NCBI GenBank assembly: GCA_964291315.2
Contig: OZ219753.1
Coordinates: 2,176,001 to 2,240,000, forward strand
Direction: 5' to 3'
From: Candidatus Poribacteria bacterium
GTDB lineage: Bacteria; Poribacteria; WGA-4E; WGA-3G
DNA length: 64,000 nucleotides
The translations under genes and the position numbers were made by a program. Under the pieces are notes generated by a model, which was not told the origin of the DNA, ran no database searches, and saw only the letters and a list, made by a program, of their open reading frames with translations. Numbering within the stretch: the first letter of the stretch is position 1; each line of letters opens with the position of its first letter. This document shows, piece after piece, positions 9,599 through 19,290 of the stretch.

Positions 9599-10372
9599 AT
9601 GCGTATCTTTATTAATCAATTTCTACACAAACCTTCCATATTCATAATAGTCGCTGTCGCTGTTCTCATCTGCAGCACCAGCAGCTTCGCTGAGGTTTTA
9701 TACTTCGACGATTTTGAAGATGGAAAAATTGATGGAAAATATGAATTCAAGAACAACGAAGGGAAATGGATAGAAGAAGGGGGCGTTATTACTCAAACCG
9801 ACGAATCCCCAGGCGATCATACCTATCTCGTCTTAGATGGCGGTTTCCCAGAACCACATACCGGACTAGTCATGATTCGTATCGATGACTGGGGCGATGG
9901 TGACCTTGCACGGTGTGGACTCGGATTCCGTCTAGATCCGGGGGATGCCTCTGGTTACGCATTTTTGGTTCATCACTTCCTCAATAACATGGAATTCCTC
10001 AACGACCATCTTGCTTGGAAGCAGAATGATACCGAACCGCCATTCGGTGAGGTGGAACTCGGCAAATGGTACTGGATGAAAGCCGAAATATCCGATAAGG
10101 GCTTTACCGGTAAAATCTGGGAAGATGGCAAAAACGAACCCAAAGATTGGCTTCTCGACAGTAAACTCGACTTCGGGAATGTCAGGCCAGAGAGTGGCCA
10201 GGTTGGACTCAACGGAGGTTCAAGCAATGGTGCCCCGGCGCTGACTGTTGTCTCCTTTGACAATTGGGCGATTTGTGAAACCGCTGACGAATGTACACCG
10301 GACGAGATCCTCGCTGTTCAGGCGACAGGCAAACTTTCAACAGTCTGGGGCGCACTCAAGACGCACTACTAA
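9599..10372 (+). CDS. Secreted protein, probable concanavalin-like beta-sandwich
   Basis: Signal peptide, YFDDFEDG start, GKWYWMKAE...GKIW...EPKDW...GQVGL...FDN pattern; tail AVQATGKLSTVWGALK. Confidence 0.75.
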   Translation: MRIFINQFLHKPSIFIIVAVAVLICSTSSFAEVLYFDDFEDGKIDGKYEFKNNEGKWIEEGGVITQTDESPGDHTYLVLDGGFPEPHTGLVMIRIDDWGDGDLARCGLGFRLDPGDASGYAFLVHHFLNNMEFLNDHLAWKQNDTEPPFGEVELGKWYWMKAEISDKGFTGKIWEDGKNEPKDWLLDSKLDFGNVRPESGQVGLNGGSSNGAPALTVVSFDNWAICETADECTPDEILAVQATGKLSTVWGALKTHY

Positions 10373-10495
10373 AACACCCCATCCATACAAAGATTGGGGC
10401 AATACTAACAAAAGCAACCGGGGATAATTTTTATCCCATCTGCAGGAGAGTGCAACCCGCGGAGCTGTCTCCACGTAACCACTAACGTATAACTT

Positions 10496-10663
10496 ATGGC
10501 AACAATTCTTCTCGCTATTTTCGGGATTTTCATATTTGTTGTGGGAGTCCTGATCCTCTTTCAAATTCTGCAAGTAATTTTCGCCTTCATATTTTCGGCT
10601 GCCCTATTCGTCATCGTTGTTGGCGGGGCATTCCTTATCCTCAAGAAAATTTTGAAGAGTTAA
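10496..10663 (+). CDS. Small hydrophobic membrane protein (55 aa)
   Basis: Read by hand: MATILLAIFGIFIFVVGVLILFQILQVIFAFIFSAALFVIVVGGAFLILKKILKS; two TM-like segments with a basic C-terminus; below the ORF track cutoff; no clear RBS. Confidence 0.6.
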   Translation: MATILLAIFGIFIFVVGVLILFQILQVIFAFIFSAALFVIVVGGAFLILKKILKS

Positions 10664-10734
10664 AAGGTACTTATCGCAGTCGTAGGCATTCACTTGCACG
10701 TTTTTCACATCCAACACATCAAAGGAGAAACACT

Positions 10735-11526
10735 GTGTTACAAAAGGCTATTTTGGTAATTTTGATCACGCTCATTATTCTAAGCACAACCCATCTTCCC
10801 GCCCAAATCGTAGAAGATGGACTAGTCAGCTATTGGAGCTTCGACGCAAACAACGTTGCCGGAAACAACGTTAAAGATGGAACCGGCAACTATAATGGCA
10901 CTATCAACGGAAACCTAAAAAAAGCCGCCGGTAAAATCGGGGATGCCTTGGAGTTTGACGGCAACGAAGCAAATTTCATCGAAATCGACACCCCTGAGGA
11001 CTTCGATTTCAACGCCGATTTCACCTGGGCAGCATGGATAAAAACCGACTTTTCCGGGCCCGGTGTCATCTTCGCGAAGACAGGAGGCCCTGGCACTGAT
11101 GATAAGGGCCCCAAAACCTTATGGATCCGCAATAGTGTCCTTAATCTTGACACAGGTTGGGTAGGCAACGTCGAAGACGCAGGAAACAATATTGACGACA
11201 ACAAATGGCATTACATTGCCGTCACGGGAACACCAGAAGATAGTAAAGTCCAATTCTTCGTTGACGGCAAAGCCACAACTGAAGGAATACTCAACCTCGC
11301 CCAATTCCCTGAAGATGAATGGGAAAATCATCTCTTTATCGGTGTAGACGGCAGATCCGATGGCGAATTCGGAGTATTCACAGGTATCATTGACGAATTT
11401 AGTGTCTATAACCGAGCTCTTGACGAAGCCGAAGTCAACCAGAATTTCATGTCCGACATGGGTCTTGCAGTCGATCCGAACGGAAAGCTTGCAGTGACCT
11501 GGGGCACCATCAAGGCACATCGATAG
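10735..11526 (+). CDS. Secreted LamG-like jellyroll protein
   Basis: GLVSYWSFD, GKIGDALEFDG, FTWAAWIKT, KWHYIAVT, GIIDEFSVYNRAL; tail AVDPNGKLAVTWGTIK. Confidence 0.85.
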   Translation: MLQKAILVILITLIILSTTHLPAQIVEDGLVSYWSFDANNVAGNNVKDGTGNYNGTINGNLKKAAGKIGDALEFDGNEANFIEIDTPEDFDFNADFTWAAWIKTDFSGPGVIFAKTGGPGTDDKGPKTLWIRNSVLNLDTGWVGNVEDAGNNIDDNKWHYIAVTGTPEDSKVQFFVDGKATTEGILNLAQFPEDEWENHLFIGVDGRSDGEFGVFTGIIDEFSVYNRALDEAEVNQNFMSDMGLAVDPNGKLAVTWGTIKAHR

Positions 11527-11541
11527 AGTGCTCTGCTTCTC

Positions 11542-11568
11542 GTAGGTGCGCGAGATCAGCGCACCTAC
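11542..11568. repeat. GTAG-type REP-like palindrome
   Basis: GTAGGTGCGC-GAGATCA-GCGCACCTAC, 10-bp perfect arms just after a stop codon. Confidence 0.55.
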
Positions 11569-11729
11569 ACAACCCTATAGGGCTAACATAAACTTGGGCC
11601 AAGTGTGCAGAGCTACGTTATTACAAGCCTGTATAAACAGGATCATCCGCACAAGCACAAACTACTCGGTTCTCAAACACTTTCGCCCTTCCCAAAAAAT
11701 ATGACAGTCAACTGTCTGTGACAATCTTT

Positions 11730-11780
11730 AGTTGTTGTGTAGCGTCTGTAACGTCATGAAGAGAACGCTACACAACAACT
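11730..11780. repeat. 16-bp perfect inverted repeat upstream of 11813
   Basis: AGTTGTTGTGTAGCGT ... ACGCTACACAACAACT. Confidence 0.7.
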
Positions 11781-11812
11781 GATTCAAATCTAAAAAAGAG
11801 AGGTACTCTTCA

Positions 11813-12604
11813 ATGAACAAGTTTATGACGTTTCTTAGGTCTACCAAGACCAGAATCCAGGTGATAACAGTAATAGGACTGATATTTTCTCTAACGCAGC
11901 TCCCCACTGTTGCGAAACGGGATAAGCAGTACGTTGCCAAGCAAATTACGAACCTTAAAATAGATGGGGATCTCAGTGAGTGGAAACGTGCCGAAATTGT
12001 TGCCTTCGATGAACTAAAAGATGTTGGGCAAGGCATGCCGAAGGCCAAAGATTTCAGTGGACAAGGCCGGGTGGCATGGACGGCCAAAGAGCCGACCCGT
12101 ATCTATTTCGCTGTTGAAATCACGGACGACGAGCTCCAAGACGTTAACCCACCGGAGGCCAGATGGTGGGAAGATGATAGCGTTGAATTTATGTTTGATT
12201 TTGACAACGGTATGGTCCGGGAGAGCCTCGTTCAGTGGACGCTCGGAGCCAACGGTAAGGACTTATCTGCAGCGGCTTCCGAGGAAAACACCGAATGGGT
12301 GCTGATTAAAAACGGAAACGACTATATCTACGAAGTCGCTATTGACCCTACCAAACCGCGCGGTAATCCCGAATTCGCAAACCCCGGAAAAGGGGAAAAG
12401 TTCAAAGCAAAAGATGGACTGACCATCGGGCTCAGCTTTCACGCAAACGATTGTGAGGGCGGCCAACGCGAACATCAGATCGGATGGACGCCAGGAGGAG
12501 CATGGGATGGGCTCGCCTACGGCGACCTCATCTTTGACGAAGAAATATTAGCTGTCGAACCCTCAGGCAAGCTCACTCTCACGTGGAGTGCTTTAAAACG
12601 GTAA
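11813..12604 (+). CDS. Secreted CBM9/DOMON-like sugar-binding domain protein
   Basis: KIDGDLSEW, IYFAVEITDD, WEDDSVEFMFD, YIYEVAI; tail AVEPSGKLTLTWSALKR. Confidence 0.8.
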   Translation: MNKFMTFLRSTKTRIQVITVIGLIFSLTQLPTVAKRDKQYVAKQITNLKIDGDLSEWKRAEIVAFDELKDVGQGMPKAKDFSGQGRVAWTAKEPTRIYFAVEITDDELQDVNPPEARWWEDDSVEFMFDFDNGMVRESLVQWTLGANGKDLSAAASEENTEWVLIKNGNDYIYEVAIDPTKPRGNPEFANPGKGEKFKAKDGLTIGLSFHANDCEGGQREHQIGWTPGGAWDGLAYGDLIFDEEILAVEPSGKLTLTWSALKR

Positions 12605-12720
12605 AACGTTATCAGCAGTCAGCCCCGGGTTATCCGAAATTAAAGAGATATGTGATTTTATCATATATTTCTTTTTCTTAATCCAACTGCTGGCTGCCAA
12701 CCTCCGCCCGCTATTCATGC

Positions 12721-14649
12721 ATGCCAAAACCTAACGGATCTTTTACCTCCGGAATTACCTTTCGTTCTCTCTTTATTGGGACATTCCTCATTATCGGGAA
12801 CGCCTACTGGCTCGCCTACGCTGCTGAGATGATTCAGCCGCAGTTCCTGCTCAACTTCGTCTCGCTCTTCTTCAACGCGGTTTTCACTCTCTTTATCCTC
12901 ATCGGCTTTAATCTCGCTTGGAAAAAACTCTCACCGCGCACGGCACTGACTTCCCAAGAACTCCTTGTTATCTATATTATGGTGGTTATGGTATCCACCA
13001 TCGGCGGCCACTCTATGATGACTTTTTTGATCGGCACCTTGGCACATCCGTTTCGGTTCGCCACCATTGAGAATGAATGGGCATCGCTCTTCTGGCGTTA
13101 CATTCCGACTTGGTTTGTGCCTGAAGACTACGCATTGGATGCCTACTTCAAGGGAGGTTTGAGCTTCTACCTCCCTAAGCATCTACGGGGGTGGATGGTG
13201 CCGATTCTGGTCTGGACAGGGTTCGTTGCAATGCTCTGGTTCACACTGATATGCCTGAATAGCATCATTCGTGTACAGTGGACAGAACGTGAAAAGTTGG
13301 CGTATCCGATCATCCAATTACCGTTGCAAATGGCACAAGGCCGGAAAAATTTTTACAGAAACGGCGCAATGTGGACCGGTTTTTCAGTCGCCGCAGGTAT
13401 CGAAATTATCGCGGGGTTGAGTCATCTGTTCCCACAAATCCCCGCTATTCGCCTCGGCTCTTACTCTATCCAACATCTATTCACTGAGAAACCGTGGAAC
13501 GCAGTCGGGTGGTTGCCGCTGTCCATCTATCCTTTTATCATAGGGCTTACGTTCTTCGTACCCTTAGATATCTCGATGTCGGCGTGGTTCTTCTATCTGT
13601 TTGGCAAAGCGGAACGGATTGTTCGTATGGGGATAATCGGTGAAGGTGAGCTCTACTTTGCGGAACGCGCCGGCGGGGCGTGGCTTGCTGTCGGTGCCCT
13701 GGCGTTGTGGGGTACTCGGAGACATCTCCGGGATGTTATCAAGAATTGCTTTATGGCGCAAAAAGCGTTTGACGATTCAAACGAACCGATGCCGTACCGT
13801 GTCGCCGTCATCGGGTTAATTTTGGGGGCGGTTGCCCTGACGCTCTTTTCGGTGAAGGCGGGTATGTCTTTAGGCGGCGTGCTCGGCTTTATTGCGATTT
13901 TCACTGTGATGGCGCTCGGCGTTACACGCGTCCGGGCCGAATTCGGGCCCCCTTCACACGAAATCCTCGCCCTTGATCCAGCAAGACTGATGGTTGTTAC
14001 CTTCGGGGCGCGATTCGTCGGAACCGGCAACCTCACGATTATCTCTTTCTACTATTGGCTCAACCGCCTCAACGTTTCACATCCGATGCCGAATCAATTA
14101 GAAGGATTCAAGATCGCCGAACGAGCAGGCATAGACAGCCGAAAACTCGTCTGGGTGATGATGTTCGCAATCATCATCGGCACCCTTGCATCGTTTTGGG
14201 CGTTCCTCTACTTACTCTATGAAACCGGGGCATTGGCAGTGCATGGATACATCATCGGTATCGGCGATGAGGTCTTTGGGAGACGTTTAGAACGGTGGAT
14301 TAACAACCCGAGCGGCCCAAATTGGAATGGCACTCAATCTATGGGGATCGGGGCATCCATGACGTGGCTCCTCTACTTTCTACGTCATAAATTTATCTGG
14401 TGGCCCTTCCACCCTATCGGATACGTGATGACGGCCGCGACGTGGGGCGGACTTGCAGACTTCTGGTTCTCTGTCTATCTCGGCTGGATGGTAAAGTTCA
14501 TCATCGTTAAAATCTTCGGGTTACGCGCACACCAACGCGCAATACCGTTCTTTTTAGGCCTCGTCATGGGCGACTATGTATTTGTAGGAGGATGGGCACT
14601 GATCGGCACTCTGTTCGACATGCCTACTTACGTGCTCTGGTCGCCTTAA
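12721..14649 (+). CDS. Polytopic membrane protein, DUF6785/DUF6784-like putative transporter
   Basis: 642 aa, many TMs; QWTEREKLAYPIIQLP, TRVRAEFGPP, WWPFHPIGY, PFFLGLVMGD motifs recalled for this family. Confidence 0.7.
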   Translation: MPKPNGSFTSGITFRSLFIGTFLIIGNAYWLAYAAEMIQPQFLLNFVSLFFNAVFTLFILIGFNLAWKKLSPRTALTSQELLVIYIMVVMVSTIGGHSMMTFLIGTLAHPFRFATIENEWASLFWRYIPTWFVPEDYALDAYFKGGLSFYLPKHLRGWMVPILVWTGFVAMLWFTLICLNSIIRVQWTEREKLAYPIIQLPLQMAQGRKNFYRNGAMWTGFSVAAGIEIIAGLSHLFPQIPAIRLGSYSIQHLFTEKPWNAVGWLPLSIYPFIIGLTFFVPLDISMSAWFFYLFGKAERIVRMGIIGEGELYFAERAGGAWLAVGALALWGTRRHLRDVIKNCFMAQKAFDDSNEPMPYRVAVIGLILGAVALTLFSVKAGMSLGGVLGFIAIFTVMALGVTRVRAEFGPPSHEILALDPARLMVVTFGARFVGTGNLTIISFYYWLNRLNVSHPMPNQLEGFKIAERAGIDSRKLVWVMMFAIIIGTLASFWAFLYLLYETGALAVHGYIIGIGDEVFGRRLERWINNPSGPNWNGTQSMGIGASMTWLLYFLRHKFIWWPFHPIGYVMTAATWGGLADFWFSVYLGWMVKFIIVKIFGLRAHQRAIPFFLGLVMGDYVFVGGWALIGTLFDMPTYVLWSP

Positions 14650-14691
14650 GCAGCACACTGTCTGATTCCAGCTGAAGGAGCTACATTCTCT

Positions 14692-15528
14692 ATGTACAAC
14701 TTAAATGGAAAAGTCGCCTTAGTAACAGGTGCAGGCGGCAAAAACGGCATCGGCCGCGCCATCGCGACCCGCTTAGCAAGAGAGGGCGCTGATGTTGCTG
14801 TCAACGACATCACAGAGCATCCGTATATTGATAATCAGGCCGATTGGCAGGGGCTGCCGGATGTCGTGCGTGAGATCGAAGCAATGGGACAAAGCGCTAT
14901 GAGTATCGTTGCAGACGTTTCAGATTCGGAACAGGTCGGCCGGATGGTAGACCAAACTGTGGCACATTTCGGGAAAATTGATATCCTCGTCAATAACGCC
15001 GGGACAATCGCTGGCAAGGATCGTGTGCCTGTCGTGGATCTGGCGGAAGAGGATTGGGACCGCGTGCAGCGGGTTAATGTAAAAGGCGTTTTCCTCTGCT
15101 CTCAGGCAGTGGCACGGTATCTGATCGCACAAGGAACAGGTGGTAAAATTATTAATCTCTCTTCTGTTACCGGGAAACGGGGATCGGTCCGTTTCGCTGC
15201 ATACAGTGCCTCGAAATTTGCGGTGCTCGGTTTCACGCAGTGCCTTGCCCACGAACTCGCCCCTTATCAGGTTAACGTCAATGCTATTTGTCCAGGACTT
15301 GTGGAGACAGAGCGTACCGCCCATCTTGCATCTGCTCTCATGCCCGATACGCTTTCCCCAGATGAGCAGCTCACGGAATACAGACACCGCTATGAGACGA
15401 CCGTTCCATTCGGGCGACTCGCTAAGGGAACGGACGTTGCCAAGATGGCTGCTTTCCTCGCCTCAGACGAGGCTGCTTACTTAACGGGGATATCTATTAC
15501 TGTCGCAGGTGGTTCGGTCATGGATTAA
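14692..15528 (+). CDS. SDR family NAD(P)-dependent oxidoreductase
   Basis: ALVTGAGGKNGIG, ILVNNAG, YSASK, VNAICPG. Confidence 0.92.
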   Translation: MYNLNGKVALVTGAGGKNGIGRAIATRLAREGADVAVNDITEHPYIDNQADWQGLPDVVREIEAMGQSAMSIVADVSDSEQVGRMVDQTVAHFGKIDILVNNAGTIAGKDRVPVVDLAEEDWDRVQRVNVKGVFLCSQAVARYLIAQGTGGKIINLSSVTGKRGSVRFAAYSASKFAVLGFTQCLAHELAPYQVNVNAICPGLVETERTAHLASALMPDTLSPDEQLTEYRHRYETTVPFGRLAKGTDVAKMAAFLASDEAAYLTGISITVAGGSVMD

Positions 15529-15624
15529 CACATATTACCACAGGCTGCTAGGCGATCTGTTCAATCTGATTTGAAACCCGAAAAAAGATGGTGTATAATT
15601 TTTAGAAACCGAAGCAACCGAGAT

Positions 15625-15747
15625 TAACGTGAGCTTGAAAAAGAGTGAGTAGGCTCTTTTGTAGCAGGGCTTCCTGTTCGGGTGTGCAGGCGCTCTTTAT
15701 TATTCGAAGTATTCGAAGCAGGTGCGAATATTATCAAGACCTCGTTA
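15625..15747 (-). mobile_element. MITE-like element, copy 1 (inverted orientation, shorter)
   Basis: Ends TAACGTGAGCTTGAAAAAGAG and ATTATCAAGACCTCGTTA are reverse-complement matches of the ends of the copies at 17010, 27508 and 46947. Confidence 0.55.
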
Positions 15748-16249
15748 AATTAAACGTTTCTGCAAAACCAAACGTGAGGAAAAAGATTTATGAAAATAAA
15801 CAAAAAAGTGTGGCTCGCTTGCCTTCTCTTTCTCTGTGGAGGTGCTATAGGGGCGTTTGCAACCCGATCTCGCTGCGACGCTTTGGGGAGCGCGTAGACT
15901 CAACGACTGGCTTGGTCTTTCTCTGCGCGGCTCATTCAGAACTTGGGGCAACATTACTGAATCCATGAAGCATGAAGACGAGCACAGCAATACAAGACGC
16001 GCCTCTCTATTAATTTCAATTACTTCGCCTATCCTCTGAAGAGATTTGCATAATGATTAGAGCAGATAAGACAAAGAACGAGGAGTGCGACTGTGAAAAT
16101 CGCACCCAACACAATAACGGCGGGAACTATCATTATAGCGAATACCATGTAGCTCTGGATTATATAGATGTGTTCAACATAGATATCTCCCGCTAACTCT
16201 CAAACGTCCTGAGTAAGACGTAAAACTGCTCATTTTAAGGAGAAATATC

Positions 16250-16888
16250 ATGAAAACCGCATTAGTATTGGTGGCCATAAGCACCACTCTCATAAGCACT
16301 GGATGCTTCGACAACAACGGGTGTAACAACCTACTGATTGAAGCAATGAAAACACAGGACAGGCAGACGGCTGCGGACAAAGCACATGACCTCATAGAGG
16401 ACACCGTCTGCTATAAGGAAATCAAGGACGGTATGGAAGCCATAGGGCAGCCTGAATCCGAATGCCCTATAGGGCTAAAGAACTTCGATATAACCCCCTA
16501 CATATACAGAGGAAGCGAACAGGGCAGAGTACCTGTCAAACTGATAGATGGTAACATAGAACGCATAGGGAGTTCTAGTAATATCAAACCTGCATTCTCA
16601 ATATACGACGGTGCTGGAGCATATATCCCTGCCAAGTACCGGTACTGGTCTTACCAGGGTAAACGCTGGGACGACGACCTATCTATGTGGAAAGTGATGT
16701 GGAAACTAAAAGTAGGTGAGTGCAAAGGCAGGGAGGTCAAGGAAGCTCACGAGGTACGGCAGAGACTTGCCAACGGGAGCATCAGAAACCCTAATCCTAC
16801 TCGCACAACCTCTACTAGCACCACCACTAATAAAGAGGAGGACAAACCTGACCTAATAGAAGGGACAGAAGTTCCCCCTTCACAATAA
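16250..16888 (+). CDS. Hypothetical lipoprotein
   Basis: 212 aa, AAGGAG RBS, lipobox-like ISTG-C, Thr-rich C-terminal tail. Confidence 0.7.
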   Translation: MKTALVLVAISTTLISTGCFDNNGCNNLLIEAMKTQDRQTAADKAHDLIEDTVCYKEIKDGMEAIGQPESECPIGLKNFDITPYIYRGSEQGRVPVKLIDGNIERIGSSSNIKPAFSIYDGAGAYIPAKYRYWSYQGKRWDDDLSMWKVMWKLKVGECKGREVKEAHEVRQRLANGSIRNPNPTRTTSTSTTTNKEEDKPDLIEGTEVPPSQ

Positions 16889-16971
16889 ACGCTATGACCT
16901 GCGCACGTCATAAAACTGCTCATACCTTATGAATAAAAGCGGGTGAAGATGAACAGATGTCATTTTTTAAG

Positions 16972-16999
16972 TTGACACATTTCTCTTTTCAATTATAAT
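16972..16999 (+). promoter_or_regulatory. Sigma70-like promoter upstream of the tubulin/actin/ZorAB-like operon
   Basis: TTGACA-16 nt-TATAAT, with a second TATAAT at 17004-17009 from a tandem TATAATTAAC duplication. Confidence 0.6.
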
Positions 17000-17009
17000 T
17001 AACTATAAT

Positions 17010-17218
17010 TAACGTGAGTTTGATAATTATTTGGTTCATCTTTGGATAAAGAGAGCCCTTGCACAGTTTAATAGGTTGTCTGAGAAACACCAAAGTGGCA
17101 CAGGAAACTAACAGCATATGATATAGGAACTGAAGACGCACAGGAAACCAACAGCATATGCTACAACTTACCGAACAGGCATATCAGTATAAGAGGAGTA
17201 TTTTATCGAGTCTACGTT
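17010..17218 (+). mobile_element. MITE-like element, copy 2
   Basis: TAACGTGAGTTTGATAATTATTTGGTTCATCTTTGGATAAAG...TTTTATCGAGTCTACGTT; internal 40-nt-period repeat GCACAGGAAACYAACAGCATATG. Confidence 0.7.
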
Positions 17219-17339
17219 GGTGATTTTGGAGTCAGGTGTACGGTATATTTCTCCAAGTAATCGAAACGTTGAAATAGCTCGGTAACATCGAATCAACAAA
17301 GCACCGGGGCGTTATACGTTGGTTCGGTACTTTTAAAGT

Positions 17340-18767
17340 ATGGAAACAAAAGAAATAAAGTGGGAAAATAATCTCTTACTATTATCCATCTATCTATGCT
17401 GCTCTATTTTTCTCACAAGCTGCGATACCGGAAAAGAGCTAGGTGTTCCAGAGTTTGAACCTGACACATCTGATTTAACGCCTGGCGATATATCCGACAA
17501 GCTTGTTGCGCGCATCTATTTCGACGCGACACTCTCAATGCAAGGTTTTGTGGTCCCGGCTCCAACGGATTACACCCGAATCTGTCAAGATTTAGACAGT
17601 GTTGTCTTAAGCAGTTGGAAAGGCGGACGATCAGAATTTTTTTGGTTTGGTGAAAAGGTTGAAAGTATTGATAGGTCCACCTACTTGCAAGCAGTATCTG
17701 CAGAATTTTACGAAAATAAACATATCTACAGAAAAACGTTTATTGAAAAAATTATTGCCCATGAAACTCGGCTGACCAACGATCAGGCAGGCATCAGTAG
17801 TGATTCTGAAGAATCAGCAGAGATAGCGGCAAGTAAAACTCCTGAAGCGTTAACAGAGGTGGCCACATCCACGGAAAACGTTGATGAGCGTGAAAAAGAA
17901 AACTCATTGGTTATTATTCTGACAGACCTTTTTCAAGATCAAGGCGATATAGCACTGCTGGTTCGACTACTCAAAGAAAAATATATTCAAAAGGGGCTTG
18001 AAGTGGGATTATTCGGTCTGCGCAGCCAATTTGACGGCACAGTCTACAACATCGGTATAGGTCAGAAACCACTCCCTCATCGCAGTAATCCGAATGACCC
18101 GGATACGTTTCGTCCCTTCTACCTTCTTGTGTTAGGCAGGCACGCCGATATTGCCCACTTTTTTACGAAATTAAAATCAAAGAACCCGGAAGCAAAAACG
18201 ATACTCTTTTCTCGGTATCTGGTTAGTCCCTTACTGTCGTTTGCCAACGCTGAAATATCAAAGAAGGGTAATTTAAATGAAAATACTTTCCATCCTATTG
18301 CAGATCCGAGCTTGAAACAGTATGAAATCGTGAAAAATGCTTATCGCGCTACAATCCCTGCTGAATTGACATACACCCCGTTGCCACATGCCATGTCCTT
18401 TGATCCCCAGAGGCTTGAGCCTGCTATTAAAGCGAAAGACAATTCGACTGGACAAACTAAAGAGAATTCAGGTGCTGCGAAGTGTCTGAAAGTGGAATCA
18501 GAGCTAACTAAAGAGAAACTCATGGTTGATTTTACTCTGGAATCCAGCAAACTGGAAAGCGCTATCTACCTTTATGAAGTGACGCTACACCCCAAAATTG
18601 AGGCATATCGGGAACCGGAGTGGTGTTCGGCTTGGGATATGGGATCGGGACGTGACGGTTCAAAAACACTTAATTTAGTTAATTTCGTTCAGGCTCTTTC
18701 ACAAGTAACAGTTCGAACACATCACCCTAAAATCGCCACATTTCACTTCTACGTCAAAAAAAGGTAA
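17340..18767 (+). CDS. Putative lipoprotein with vWA-like domain
   Basis: Lipobox FLTS-C; IYFDATLSMQGF (MIDAS-like DxTxS) and downstream IILTDLFQD strand. Confidence 0.7.
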   Translation: METKEIKWENNLLLLSIYLCCSIFLTSCDTGKELGVPEFEPDTSDLTPGDISDKLVARIYFDATLSMQGFVVPAPTDYTRICQDLDSVVLSSWKGGRSEFFWFGEKVESIDRSTYLQAVSAEFYENKHIYRKTFIEKIIAHETRLTNDQAGISSDSEESAEIAASKTPEALTEVATSTENVDEREKENSLVIILTDLFQDQGDIALLVRLLKEKYIQKGLEVGLFGLRSQFDGTVYNIGIGQKPLPHRSNPNDPDTFRPFYLLVLGRHADIAHFFTKLKSKNPEAKTILFSRYLVSPLLSFANAEISKKGNLNENTFHPIADPSLKQYEIVKNAYRATIPAELTYTPLPHAMSFDPQRLEPAIKAKDNSTGQTKENSGAAKCLKVESELTKEKLMVDFTLESSKLESAIYLYEVTLHPKIEAYREPEWCSAWDMGSGRDGSKTLNLVNFVQALSQVTVRTHHPKIATFHFYVKKR

Positions 18768-18783
18768 CGGAGTCACTATTGAA

Positions 18784-19266
18784 ATGAAACATGTTGGTCT
18801 TATCTGTGGTATCTTAGTTATTATCGGTTTATTTTTCCTTCTTGTTATATTAGGTGAAGTGCTTATTTTCGAGGCTTATCCACCGCAATTACCTGACACG
18901 GGCACAACGGAACAGCAACAACAGCAGTGGATGTGGATAGCGAGTTTTGAATCTTGGGCGAGGGTCTGTGTTGCGATTGCGGGAGCGGCAAGTCTTTTAT
19001 GGTATGGATTGGCACAATGGACTTTTAAAATTCGTAACGAAGGGAAAGGGTCTGAAAAACGCGTCGTTTGGGGTTTGTTGTTTCTTTTCCCAATTGTCGC
19101 CGGTATTGTAAGTTGTATCCTTGTTGACAGAGCTGAAAAAATGTGGATAGCATATCTGTTTTTCATCTTAAATGGTTTGATACCTTACTATCTTGCCACC
19201 CTACTATTTTCACCAGCGTCCTTTAAGTACATACCATGGGGTGCAAAACAGATTCGTCGTTGGTAA
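18784..19266 (+). CDS. Small four-TM membrane protein
   Basis: 160 aa, four hydrophobic segments, tightly spaced within the operon. Confidence 0.8.
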   Translation: MKHVGLICGILVIIGLFFLLVILGEVLIFEAYPPQLPDTGTTEQQQQQWMWIASFESWARVCVAIAGAASLLWYGLAQWTFKIRNEGKGSEKRVVWGLLFLFPIVAGIVSCILVDRAEKMWIAYLFFILNGLIPYYLATLLFSPASFKYIPWGAKQIRRW

Positions 19267-19290
19267 ACGTTTTTTATAGGAGGTAAATAA

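Noticed and set aside
15645-16148. Several short ORFs on both strands
   Set aside because: They overlap the MITE-like copy, lack RBS or motifs, and the hydrophobic minus-strand ORF at ~16029-16148 is only 39 codons; insufficient support.
17098-17165. CRISPR-like repeats (also 27596-27680)
   Set aside because: Only two to three degenerate units, the intervening GAACTGAAGAC is the same in different copies rather than a unique spacer, and there are no cas genes; these are internal repeats of the MITE-like element.
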